From Glaucostegus cemiculus (lineage: Eukaryota), in NCBI GenBank assembly GCA_976551045.1, contig CDPCPM010000064.1:3410001-3474000 (forward strand): 64,000 bases of DNA, read 5' to 3'. The notes beneath the pieces were generated by a model that saw only the letters and a program-made list of their open reading frames with translations, made no database searches and had not been told where the DNA came from. The position numbers and the translations under genes were made by a program. This document shows, in pieces, positions 39,080-49,998 of this stretch (within the stretch, counting starts at the first letter, position 1; the number at the start of each line of letters is the position of its first letter).

Positions 39080-40365
39080 GTAAGTATTACTGTCGTTACT
39101 GATTTTATTACATATATTTATATTTGCTTGTTATTTACTTCGCAACAGTCAGTGATTAACGACCGTGAGTTTGAACTTTCCTCCATGTTTTTATTACAAC
39201 AACAGCTCAAGCATTGGCGGCCGGGGTAAACCTGAATATGCCGATCTGTTCATTCTGCTAATGTTGTCAGCCTCTGTTTCTCTCCTAAACTTTCTCCATC
39301 TCAGAACCACTATGCCACTGCCCCTCTTTGTTTTGTATTCTGTTCCAGTACGATTATTCCGACGGATTATTTCATGCTCCATAGAGATATTGGAATATTT
39401 TATGCCTCCGAAGAGTATGCCCTTTTATATAACTAGCGAATCTCACTGCATGTGAATCTTTCATGATTGTGTGCAAACATTTTATTTCCTGACCCGTTTT
39501 TCTATTTGATTTTAATTTTGCAATGTAACTGGCATTATAAAATAAAACACTGAGCTTGAGCACTATTCGCTTTCTCGGAAAACGGCAGAAACGGGCCACA
39601 AATCGCTCTCTCACACAAGTTCATCAGAGAGTTCAGGCAAGCACTATTATTTCCTGAGACAAACAACTCAGAAAAGGGAACATTTCCCTCCTACAATGTG
39701 CTTCTGCCCTGCGCAATATATTGTGATTATCCATCAGCCTGGGAGATAATTTCCAATTTCCACTTCTTTTCGTTTTCTTTTCTCTCTTCTTTCCTCCTAA
39801 GATAACGAAGTAGCAATTGCGATTAAGGAGTCGATTCTGTGATGCATTTCGGCGTCGCATGTTTTTCATGATACCCGGTGAATCAATAATCCGCTGTTAT
39901 TCAGCTCCTTCTGTGTTTACCCTAAGAACAGAAAGGGCTTTGGCGTCCTTGCTTTCACACACGTGCATTTTTTTTCTGTTAATGTTGACAACCTGTGTTT
40001 CGCTCCTGCTCATTGTGCACCCCAATGTATCCGCTCCGTTGTCGCTGTAATCTTAACATTTTCATTTCAGACATCTCAGAACCGACTTGGACATTCACAA
40101 ATTGCTCCCCAACGCAAAACGTTTCACCAAGGGCTCAGAGAAGTCCTATGATAAAGAACTGAAAATCCTGTCATTAGTTATTAATCGGACGTTTGTTCCG
40201 TCCACGGTATGCTCATGATGTGCAGGATGCATTGCCGGCTATTGTTGAATTTATCCTTCCATTTTGCGTCATTATTGTTGACAATCCACCACGGATGTAT
40301 CCCCGCATGTTCAGATTATTTCTTTCAGCCTGATGCACGTTTTCTTTTTCTTTCCGTTTTCCAAG

Positions 40366-41300
40366 TCAACATCATGGTGATCGTGATCCTGAATCAGGGA
40401 AAGTGCGGTCTGTCCAAGTGTGTCACTCACTACATGGTCGGCATGGCAGCGGCGGATCTTCTGGTCGTTATCTTTGATCTCACGTTAAGGCAAATTCCGA
40501 TTGTTCACCCGAAACAGTTCCGTTTTGTGCTGTTTCAACCATTGTGTAACATCCATTCTGTGCTGCTTCATTCGGCAACAGACTGCTCTGTCTGGTTCAC
40601 CGTCACTTTCACATTTGATCGATTTGTGGCCATCTGCTGTCAAAAGCTGAAAACTGCATATTGCACCGAGAAAACGGCGGGTGTGGTTCTCGCAACGGTG
40701 ACAGCATTCCTCTGTTTCAAGGACACAACTTGGTACTTCATATACATGAAACAGTATCGCCTTGGCAACAACCCCGCATTTTGTGGTGTGGAAAGCAGTG
40801 TTAGTGTTTCACAGGTGTGGGGAGCAATCGAGATGTTTCATTACGTCCTCACGCCCTGTGTCCCATTTGTGCTCATCCTGCTGCTGAATACTTTAACCGT
40901 CAGAAACATTTTAGTCGTCAGCAGAGCACGCGGGCGACTCCGGAGTGGTAGTTGTCTGGGAAATCCGAAAGACCCGGAGATGGAGAGCCGGAGGAAATCC
41001 ATCGTCTTACTGTTTGTTATCTCGGGGAATCTCATACTGTTATGGGCGCAGTTTACAGTTTCCTTAATTTTGAATCGAATGTGGTGGTTGGGGAATCAGA
41101 TTTACAGCCCACATCTTGTGATACAAGAACTCGGGTTCATGCTGCAGCAGCTGAGCTGCTGCACAAACACAGTGGTTTATGCCATGACACAGACGAAGTT
41201 CAGAGAGCAGCTGAAGTTCCAGGTGAAACACCCGTTTTCCCGAATTGCTGAAATCCTATCTCACCGACATGTCTCCCCCTCACGTCAGTCCCTGAATTAG
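40366..41300 (+). CDS. Exon 2 of intact GPR139/142-like class A GPCR (347 aa spliced)
   Basis: Polypyrimidine tract then ccaag|TC AAC. Reads NIMVIVILNQGKCGLSKC, MAAADLL (TM2), C in TM3, TFDRF, ECL2 Cys, ESRRKSIVLLF, SCCTNTVVY and helix 8 KFREQL. Open to TAG at 41298-41300. Confidence 0.9.
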
Positions 41301-41379
41301 TTGAAGTGGGAACAGACCTCGATTCCCGGTCATGACTTCAATGTCATTTGTTTGACAGCAGGAAATGGTTTGACATTTC

Positions 41380-41900
41380 CCAACTCCAACGGGATCCCCC
41401 CTTCAGGCACATCTTCCCTTCCTCTCTCCCTCCGCTTTTCATAGGATTCGCTTCCTCCGTGACTCCCTTGTTCACTCGTTCGACCCAACAGTATCTCTCG
41501 AGGCACCCGTTCCTCAAACTACGAAAAGTGCTACCCCTGCCTGGCTACTGCTCCCTACTCCCATTCAAGGCACGAAACAGCCCAAGTGATTCAGCCCTTC
41601 ATATATTAATCAATTGGTTCATTTCTTGCATCACGTGCTCCTGGTGCCGCCTTCTCATCATCGGGGAGAACCCACCCGGATTGGAGATCTCTCCGTCGAG
41701 CACAGTCGCTCCATCGGCCAGGATCTCCCGTGTCCAGCCACATTAATTCCACGTCGCATTCTTACATTGCAATGTCAGTCCACGGCCACCTCTACTGCTC
41801 AAATGAGGCTGACGCAGATTAGAGGAAGAACTCCTCATGTTTCGCCTTGGTAGTCTTTAACCGGACTGCAAGAACGTCGATCTCTCTAACTTCCAGTAAC
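41380..41900 (+). mobile_element. Penelope-like element GIY-YIG region remnant
   Basis: Reads QLQRDPPFRHIFPS and SCITCSWCRLLIIGE, matching the PLE pattern YcIrCsrC.llYIGE. Confidence 0.75.
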
Positions 41901-42073
41901 TACTTCACTCTGTCCCATTTTTTCCATTATCCGACAGGCCCCGTCACCCGTTCTGTCCCGACCCGGCCTCTCTATCTGTCCATCAGACGCACACTCCCCC
42001 ATCCGGCTCCCTCCCACGCCTCCAGCATCTGTGGAGGTGCCTCCATCTGTCCACCAGTTCAACTGCCTGCGTA

Positions 42074-42105
<32 letters not shown>

Positions 42106-42108
42106 TGC

Positions 42109-42150
<42 letters not shown>
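42074..42150. repeat. Compound (TG)n/(TGCG)n microsatellite
   Basis: Directly visible; CT-rich tracts follow at 42309-42405. Confidence 0.95.
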
Positions 42151-42154
<4 letters not shown>

Positions 42155-42517
42155 ATTCCTCCGTCTCCATGTTGTCCGACATAAATCTGCACATGCCTGT
42201 TTCTGCGTGCTTTATGGACTGTGCCAACCTCTGTCCATGACTCTGTCTTTCTATCTTTGGACTGCGCACTAGGTATTTTGACATATCCTGCTTGCATTTC
42301 GGATTTCACTCTCTCTCTCTGTCCTCTATCTCCCCTCCTCTCTCTCTCGCTCTCTCTCTTTATCCATCTCTCTCTGTCTATCTCTCTCTCTCTCTCTCTC
42401 TCTCTGTGCCTGCCTGCCTGCTGTGTATGTTGTGTCCAGATTTTGTATGCGTCAATGATTTAGTCTGGCTGTCTTTATCTTTCCATGTGCCTGGCTCTCT
42501 CTGCCCGGTGACGTTAC

Positions 42518-42910
42518 CTGCTGATATGCTCCTTTGTCTTGATAAGTTGATCCCAAGACGATGTGTTCCTCCTCCGACGGAGAACTGGAAGCTCAGGGCC
42601 GCCAGTGCGTATGGAGTTCCTGCTCCCGGAGACCGGTCGCTCTCGGGGAACCCAGTCTGGCCGCTGAGGTCACGGAGCCGACGGTCCGTCGGTCGGGAAT
42701 TGCCGCTCGGGAACGGCGGATCTTTTTCGGTGACACTGGCGCCGCGCGTGCGGTGGAGAAGGAAGGAGGGAGTCAGGTCGGACGGAGAGGCGACTTTCCC
42801 CGTTACCTCTCCCTCTGCCGGCAACGGCTGCTGCTCAAGTAGTTCGGCAAGATCACAGGGAAATGCGCAGGCATCATGTACCTTTAAATGCCAGGTGCGC
42901 AGGCGCAGTG
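42518..42910 (-). promoter_or_regulatory. CpG-rich putative promoter and first exon, antisense to the GPCRs
   Basis: NRF1-like TGCGCAGGCGCA at 42896-42907, a second TGCGCAGGCA at 42864-42873, and TTTAAA at 42883-42888. CpG-rich 42590-42850. Donor CAG|GTAACG at 42518/42517 on the minus strand. Confidence 0.45.
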
Positions 42911-43039
42911 ATTACACTCTGTGGCACTCTGGGAGATGCAGTTTATTGTGTGAAGGTATGAAGAAGGAGATCTTCCGATCTTGCAGACAGGAATCTTGCG
43001 GAGGAAGCAGTTTCCAATGGCTCTTGATCACAAATCACA

Positions 43040-43500
43040 CAGCTCACCGCATCACGGAGACCAGCCTCCTCTCTTTGGGCTCTGTCTTTACCTCTCGTTG
43101 CCTTGGTGAAGCAGCCAATATAATCAAAAAATCCATATACCCGGGACATTTTCTCTTCTCTCCTCTTCCATCAAGTAGAAGATATAGAAGTATGATGGCA
43201 CGTACCACCATACTTAAGGACAGCTTCCACCCTACCGTTATAAGACTATTGAACTGTTCCCTTACTCGATGAGATGGACTATGACCTCTCCGTCTGCATT
43301 GTTGTGACAATGTACCTTATTGCATTGCACTTTCTCTGTACCTGTGACACTTGCTCTGTACTGTTAATGTTCTTACTTGTATTGCATCAATGCACCCTGT
43401 ATTAATTCAATGTAACTGTACTGTGTAATGCTCGGTCTGCAAGACAAGTTTCTCACTGTCCTTGGTACTAGTGACAATAATAAACCATACCAGTACCAAG
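43040..43500 (+). mobile_element. Rex1/Babar 3' end
   Basis: Reads AANIIKKSIYPGHFLFSPLPSSRRYRSMMARTTILKDSFHPTVIRLLN and ends with an aataaaccataccagtacc tail. Confidence 0.85.
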
Positions 43501-44995
43501 ATCACAGTCCATGAATTAGTGTTTGGATAATAAACTGTGGCCAAAATAAGGAAATACTAAGTCTAAAAATACACAAAAAGCAACCTTGAGAGAATAACTC
43601 AGATTATTATTCTATTTTTTTCTGACGATGGCTGTGAGGTGAACATTAGCCCTGGACGCTAATGAGATCTTCCAGCGTCAACATGACAACAGAGCAGGGA
43701 CTGTCCCCAGAAGGAATGACTCAACGACAGTGCTGAGTTCTGGCAGTGCTGCCTATCTGTCAGTGCAGTACTCTCTCAGCCATCACCCTGACAGTGTAGC
43801 GTCGCCCCAGCACCATCTATCCTCCACTGCAGTACTCCTTTTTCGCAGACAACCAGCTGTACAGATCCCATCAGTTTTCACACTGAGGAATTGACCCATG
43901 ACTGGAATTCTGACAGTGAACTCTGCCTCAGGACAGACCTTCCGACACTGCCTCTGTATTCGTCCAATGGAAAACTGTAAAATATATAACATGCGGATTG
44001 TCAGAAAAGGAAATGTATGTATAATCCTTTCATTGAATATTCGAACAGATTAAAATGTTTTTTTTCTCTAAATAAAAAGTGACATAGAAAAGTGGTTCCA
44101 AATCCTTTCGGAGGTTTCCTTCTACTTTTAACATTCACCATGTCACGGTCTCTTCCATTTGACATCACAAACGTTTTATTGGAATTTCCGTGTCGATGGA
44201 GACCCGTCCATGGTACAGAGAAGATGAAAACTCTTCGGAACCGGCCCCTTTTGACGATTCCCCACAACTCCTGGCATAATCTTCCCATCCTCACTCCCTC
44301 CACAGTGACGGGCACCCACTTTGTTGAAGCCAACCTGACCTCTTGGTTTCTGAACGAAACCAAAGACCTGACGGAAGAGGACAAGCTCCCTGCCCAACAT
44401 CTCCCACCATAACTACATCAACAGCCGAAGAAAAATGCTGCAAAATCCTTCGTATTTTGCCTCATTTGGCCCAGGGAGCTGGGCCAATTCCATTTTTATT
44501 CACTCTCTGTGACCTTTCAATTTCCGCAGAACCACCTACTTTGCCGAACGTTTTTTTCATGTCGATCTTTAAACCCTCAGCCATTCTGGTGAAAATGTGA
44601 ACATTGAAAATGCTGCCATTGTTCAGCGGGCCAGGCGGAGGCTTTCCGCGGGAAGTTAAGTAATGATGTAAAGCAGGAGCGAACGCAGATTGTGCTGGAA
44701 CTTTAGCTCTTTCCTTCCACAGAAGCTGCCTGACCCTCTGAGTGTTTCTACATTTTCTGTTTATATTTCCGATTTCCAGTATTCGTGGTATTTTCAATAA
44801 AAAAGATGTTACTTCCTACACAAAACATCAGCATTTCATCGTTCAACTTGACCAAAGATGAGAAATAACTGAGCATCTGCCAGTGGTCCGCCGAAGACAT
44901 GTCCAGCGAAGCTGAACGTGCGCTGAATTCCGGAAAGAACCACTGAGCAAACTCGTCGCAGACACCGTGATGGAAAAAATCCGGCGCAGAGTTTG

Positions 44996-45067
44996 TAACG
45001 CCGACGTGATTCAAACACCCATCGTTCTGTTCTGGAGTCAGACGCGCCACCTTTGAGCCACGAGGGC
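44996..45067 (-). pseudogene. tRNA-Trp(CCA) pseudogene
   Basis: GCCCTCGTGGCTCAAAGGTGGCGCGTCTGACTCCAGAACAGAACGATGGGTGTTTGAATCACGTCGGCGTTA; recognisably vertebrate tRNA-Trp with several stem mismatches. Confidence 0.8.
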
Positions 45068-45737
45068 TGACAGAAGTCCTTATGTCATGGAAGAAATGTT
45101 GATGTTCCGGCGAGGTATGAGATATGGACCAGCCAGAGAGCATTGATAGTTACGCAGCATTCCTGTTCTGTCACGCAGGCGCTGCTGGCGGAGAGCTGCC
45201 ATTCGCTGCCTGACCCTTGCCTGCGGGCCGCTTTCTCTTCATTGACCCAGATCAATCACATACAGCGGACACACAGTCTCCTGACAGTCTTTCTCATTTT
45301 AGTCCTCGTTGGATTCTTTGAGTGGAATTTAAATTAACCGCCGTCGCTTCCGCGTCACCCACTCAGTGCTTTATTTACCCTGATAATCGGGGCTCTGATT
45401 TACAGTGTGGCGGCGTTTTATATTTCCAGGGCCCGGCCTCCAGAACTTCAGCCGCCGGCCTCCTGTGTTCCAACTGAATCCCATATCGCGCTTAGAATAC
45501 ACCTTGTGTGTGGCGCTGCGCTGATCCGCTCCCGCATGGCACCGTCAGCAGCAGCGCCGGATTCGGTGCTGCGGTGGTGAATAAGTTCACCAGAAATGGA
45601 CTGTCAGAAACCGTGGAAACACTTGAACACCTTGCCCCAGATTCTGCTTCCTCGCCCAACCGAACGATTTCCTCCATTTACGGCATGACATTTCCTGGTC
45701 GACATCCTGTCGGTTTCTTTGTTCCACGTTAACTGGT

Positions 45738-45826
45738 GTTCCTCGGTTCTTCTGATAGACTGGTGAAGCGGTTATCACGTCTGCCTCATATGCTAAATGT
45801 CCTCAGTTCGACCCAAGGTAGGAACA
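45738..45826 (+). pseudogene. tRNA-Val-like pseudogene with displaced acceptor 5' strand
   Basis: tggtgaagcggttatcacgtctgcctcatatgc...gttcgacccaaggtaggaaca; the complementary GTTCCT lies 16 nt further upstream than expected. Confidence 0.6.
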
Positions 45827-46114
45827 TGATCTTGGCTCCTGCTTCAGTTTTATCTCAGTTTTCCGTCCTTTTCCATTCACCTTGACAATTGTTGCCCGAA
45901 GGTCTTGCTGGTAAAACATGGAATACACTCGCAGTTTTTAGACACCCGACCGAACCTCTGTGCCCACCGGCGGCCGCATGAAGGACAAGACCAGTTTAGT
46001 ACCGAGAATATGGCATGAAACAAAATCGCCTCGATCGCGTTCTCGCTGTGTCAGAATCTTTCGCCATGTCTCCTTCTCACCATTCAACTCCTCCTCGATC
46101 TGTCTCCCTCTCCG

Positions 46115-46167
<53 letters not shown>

Positions 46168-46539
46168 CAGACACCATTATTGTCGATTTCTTTACCTTGC
46201 TATTGCTTCTTTGCCTTTCAGATTTAAAATCGCGTCTCTCACACACAAACAAGGAACTGTAGAGATCGCATGCGAACTGTCAAATGTGTGGTGGAGGTAT
46301 AACCCCTATTCTTGGTTCATCGGGAGGCACTTTCAATGGCGGAGGGACTACCACGAAGGCTTGGGTCAGCTGAATTCTCCCAATGGATTCAATCTTTTTA
46401 TTGATCGCGGGAACGATTTTCTTTCCGATATTTCATTGGACAGTCACGTGCGCTAAAACCAAACAGTTATCAGGGAGGGAGTGATGAACATTGAGCTGTT
46501 CGGATCTGTTGCTGTGGGCCATGAGAAAGAGCGAGAAGA

Positions 46540-46612
46540 GTTTCTGTAGTGTAGTGGTTATCACGTTCGCCTAACACGCGAAATGTCCCAGGTACGAAAC
46601 CAGGCAGAAACA
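46540..46612 (+). tRNA. tRNA-Val(AAC), probably impaired
   Basis: GTTTCTGTAGTGTAGTGGTTATCACGTTCGCCTAACACGCGAAATGTCCCAGGTACGAAACCAGGCAGAAACA. T-loop reads TACGA instead of TTCGA and the T-stem has an A:A mismatch. A T5 run follows. Confidence 0.85.
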
Positions 46613-48575
46613 TTCCGAAATATTTTTCTTTAACTCAATAAATGTAAAGGGATACAACCGGACGTTTATTCAAGTAAATTCATCTGTTGTTCCAACCACA
46701 ACCCAGAACAATCCCTCACCACTTGTCCATGTTTCACTGCACGCATCCTGAGACATTACCGTATCCCGCATTAACCTGAACGTGGGAACGCCGTTGCCTT
46801 CGATATGCCCACACATTGTTCATGGTGTACACACCTGAACGGCATCGGATCACAATGGGCATTGGACGCTCCATCGGGAACCCTTCCACCTTGATCGGAC
46901 GTTAGAGTGAATTCGTTTCATGTGCTCAGTGACCTTCGTCTTTCTGACTTTCTTTGAGACTTCATGAGAGGAAGGGTCTCTCCGGAGATACTGCTGTCAT
47001 GCTGAGATCGCAGCAAGTTCCCGTACACAACGTTCTCCTTTCCCCACAGCTGTTTCCTGATGTAACGGCCTCTGGGCGGCATCAACAGCACAACTTACTG
47101 TTCCCCTCGCACTCTGTGACTTGCTGTATGTTTTCATACAGGCGGAACATTGAAAAGCAAAATGCTTTTTGTGCTGCGGCCGTTCCTACACCTGACGAAA
47201 ATCACGTGGTCTATAACTCCATCTTCAATTTTCCTGATGAGCCCTTCTACTGATGTTGCGGTCGGATGGAAGAGAAGTGAGGAGACTGTGGGAGACAGTC
47301 GAACGGGTGATCTGTGGGCAGTGACTTCGGAGAAACCTCCGGACTATCCGCGAAGTGTGCGGAGTTATCTTGAAAAGACAGGTAGGACCCAGAGTAACGG
47401 GGACCTTTGCATTTTCCTGCTTTATTTGCAGATCACTGTGTCCATTCCCCTGCTGAAGGGCTCGATGATCGGACAGTGTTTACTGCTTGGGCAGCAGACG
47501 TCGATTGGACATGCAGAAGTCCTCTTCCAGTGGGGAGGGTAGTGAGAACGTAGGGCGCGTGTTTCTGTGACACTTGCCGTAGTTTCTGCAGCGCCAGGGG
47601 TGTCAGGTCCTCTTCACACGCAGAATATCCCTCCTTCGATCTTTCGTATCAATAACATTCCAGCATTGACTCCGGGCTGTGAGGAGAGTGCGATTCCAGT
47701 CGTTTCCCTGAAGCCTTACAACAGCTGCTCAATATCCTTGGTGAAAACATCGACAATATTATTGCACCTTGAAAGGTGCTGATTCCGCTCATATTCCCAG
47801 GCCGGTGGGGGGGGGGAGGGCGGGGAGGCTTCAAAAGTGGCGGGGCCGAATTTCACCCGGATATCCCGTCTTTTATGTGCTGTAACTGGGATCTTTTGCC
47901 ATGTCTCTGTCCAACTCTTTCACACCTGGACTCCCAATCCGCAGCTCTCTGTTCATTTATGTCTCTCTGGAATTCACTGCTGTTCTCCTGCACGCTGGTG
48001 AATATCGGGAATGGCGACGGGGAAATAAACAAATAAACTGGAGGAGCTGTGACAGTGTGGATGGATTGGGAGTGTCCAGTGTCAAAAGCGATGATGGTGC
48101 AATGTGAAACTGACAGAGAATAGAACGAGCTCGTTGATGGTGGGCGTTGACTTCAAGCAACGGAAAGCCGAAAGAGGTACTTGAATAATTACCTCAGTTT
48201 AAATTAGCAGATTGCGATAGATTTGAAGTGAGAACAAAACAACAGACTGGAAGTAGACGTGGACAGGAGGGCAGAACAGTCACTGAAATGTAAGGTGGAT
48301 GTTTAAAATGAGAAGTGTGACGTGGTGCACTTTAACAGAGCAGAAAGAGGGAGGAAAAATCTGCAATGGTAAACTGGAAAATACATAACATGCGGATTTT
48401 CAGAAAAAGAAATGTATGTGTAATCCATTCATCGAATATTCGAGGAGATTAATTTTGTTTTCCATAATTTAAAGATGCCATAGAAAACTGGTTCCAAATC
48501 CTTTCGCAGATTCGCTGCCTGAGCCTTGCCTGGGGGTCGTTTTCTCTTCATTGACCAAGTTCAATCCGATACAGT

Positions 48576-48670
48576 CATAGAACATAGAACATAGATACAT
48601 ACAGCATAATTCAGGCCCTTCGGCCCACCAAGCTGTGCCGAACATGTCCCCACACTATTGGGCTTATTCG
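48576..48670 (-). mobile_element. Very short CR1 3'-tail insertion
   Basis: catagaacatagaacatagatacatacagcataattcaggcccttcggcccaccaagctgtgccgaacatgtcccc matches the CR1 tail at 7325-7400; absent from copy 1. Confidence 0.8.
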
Positions 48671-49130
48671 TCTCCTGATTGTATTTCTCATTTTAGTCAT
48701 CGTTGGATTCTTTGAGTGCAATTTCAATCAACCGCCGTCGTCGTCGCTCCACCCGCTCAGTGCTTTATTTACCCTGATAGTCGGGTCTTGCTTTACAGTG
48801 TGGCGGCGTTTTATATTACCCGGGCCCAGCCTCCAGAACTTCAGCCGCCGGCCTCCTGTGTTCCAGCTGAATCCCATATCGCGCTTAGAATACACCTTGT
48901 GTGTGGCGCTGCTCTGATCCGCTCCCGCATGGCACCGTCAGCACCAGCGCCGGATTCGGTGCTGCGGTGGTGAATAAGTTCACCAGAAATGAACTGTCAG
49001 AAACCGTGGAAACACTTGAGCACCTTGCCCAAGATTCTGCTTCCTCGCCCAACCGACCAATTTCCTCCATTTATGTCATGAGATTTTCTGGTCAACGTCC
49101 TGTCAGTCTCTTTGTTGCACGTTAACTGGT

Positions 49131-49218
49131 GTTCCTCTGTTTTCAGATTGACTGGTGAAGCGATTATCACGTCTGTCACAGATGCTAAAGGTTCCCAGTT
49201 CGACCCGGGGTAGGAACA
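49131..49218 (+). pseudogene. tRNA-Val-like pseudogene (duplicate of 45738-45826)
   Basis: tggtgaagcgattatcacgtctgtc...gttcgacccggggtaggaaca. Confidence 0.55.
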
Positions 49219-49507
49219 TGATCTAGGCTCCTGCTCCAGTTTTATCTCAGTTTTCCGTCCTTTTCCATTCACCTTGACAATTGTTGCCCGAAGGTCTTGC
49301 TGCAAAAACATGGAATACACTTGCAGTTTGCAGAACCCCACCGAACGTCTGTGTCCACCGGCGGCCAGACGAAGGACAGGAACAGTTTAGTACCGAGAAT
49401 CCGGCATGATACACACAATCGCCTCGATCGCGTTCTCGCTGTGTCTGAATCTTTCGCCATGTCTCCTTCTCACCATTCAACTACTCCTCGATCTGTCTCC
49501 GTCTCCT

Positions 49508-49554
<47 letters not shown>

Positions 49555-49925
49555 CAGACACAATTATTGTCGATTTCTTTACCTTGCTGTTGCTTCTTTG
49601 CCTTTCAGATTTAAAATCCCGTCTCTTTCACACAAAAAGGAACTGTAGAGATCACATGCGGACTGGCAAATTTGTGGTGGAGTTAAATCCCCTGTCCTTG
49701 GTTCAGCGGGAGGCACTTTCAATTGCAGAGGGATTACCATGAAGGCTTGGGTCAGCTGAACTCTCCCAATGGATTCGATCTCATTATTGATAACGGGAAC
49801 AATTTTGTTTTCGATATTCCATTGGTCAGTCTAGTGCGCTAAAACCAAATAGTTATCAGGGAGAATGTGATGAACTTTCAGCTGGTCGGATCTGTTGCTA
49901 TGGGCCATGAGAAAGAGCGAGAAGA

Positions 49926-49998
49926 GTATCTGTAGTGTAGTGGTTATCACGTTCGCCTAACACGCAAAAGGTACCTGGTTCGAAACCAGGTAGAAACG
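49926..49998 (+). tRNA. tRNA-Val(AAC), probably impaired
   Basis: GTATCTGTAGTGTAGTGGTTATCACGTTCGCCTAACACGCAAAAGGTACCTGGTTCGAAACCAGGTAGAAACG. A and B boxes intact, but acceptor A:A and anticodon-stem C:A mismatches and a G discriminator. Confidence 0.85.

Larger units (their letters stand above)
43965..48363 (+). repeat. Tandem segmental duplication, copy 1 (tRNA-bearing unit)
   Basis: 43965-44110 and 45201-48360 align with 48364-48508 and 48510-51460. Confidence 0.9.

Noticed and set aside
40209-40365. N-terminal 52 codons of the 363-aa ORF in the track
   Set aside because: Intronic read-through: there is a strong acceptor at 40365, and exon 38971-39079 supplies the proper TM1 start.
42292-43272. 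326-aa ORF
   Set aside because: Chance fusion of a CT microsatellite, a GC-rich island and a Rex1/Babar tail; no coherent protein.
45492-45732. ORFs conserved between duplicate copies (also 48885-49125)
   Set aside because: Similarity is explained by the segmental duplication; no recognisable domain or splice structure.
47230-47330. CTGATGAG as a possible hammerhead ribozyme core (also at about 50628)
   Set aside because: No stem II followed by GAAA and no closing stems. The Penelope ends in the window are also too degraded to show a hammerhead.
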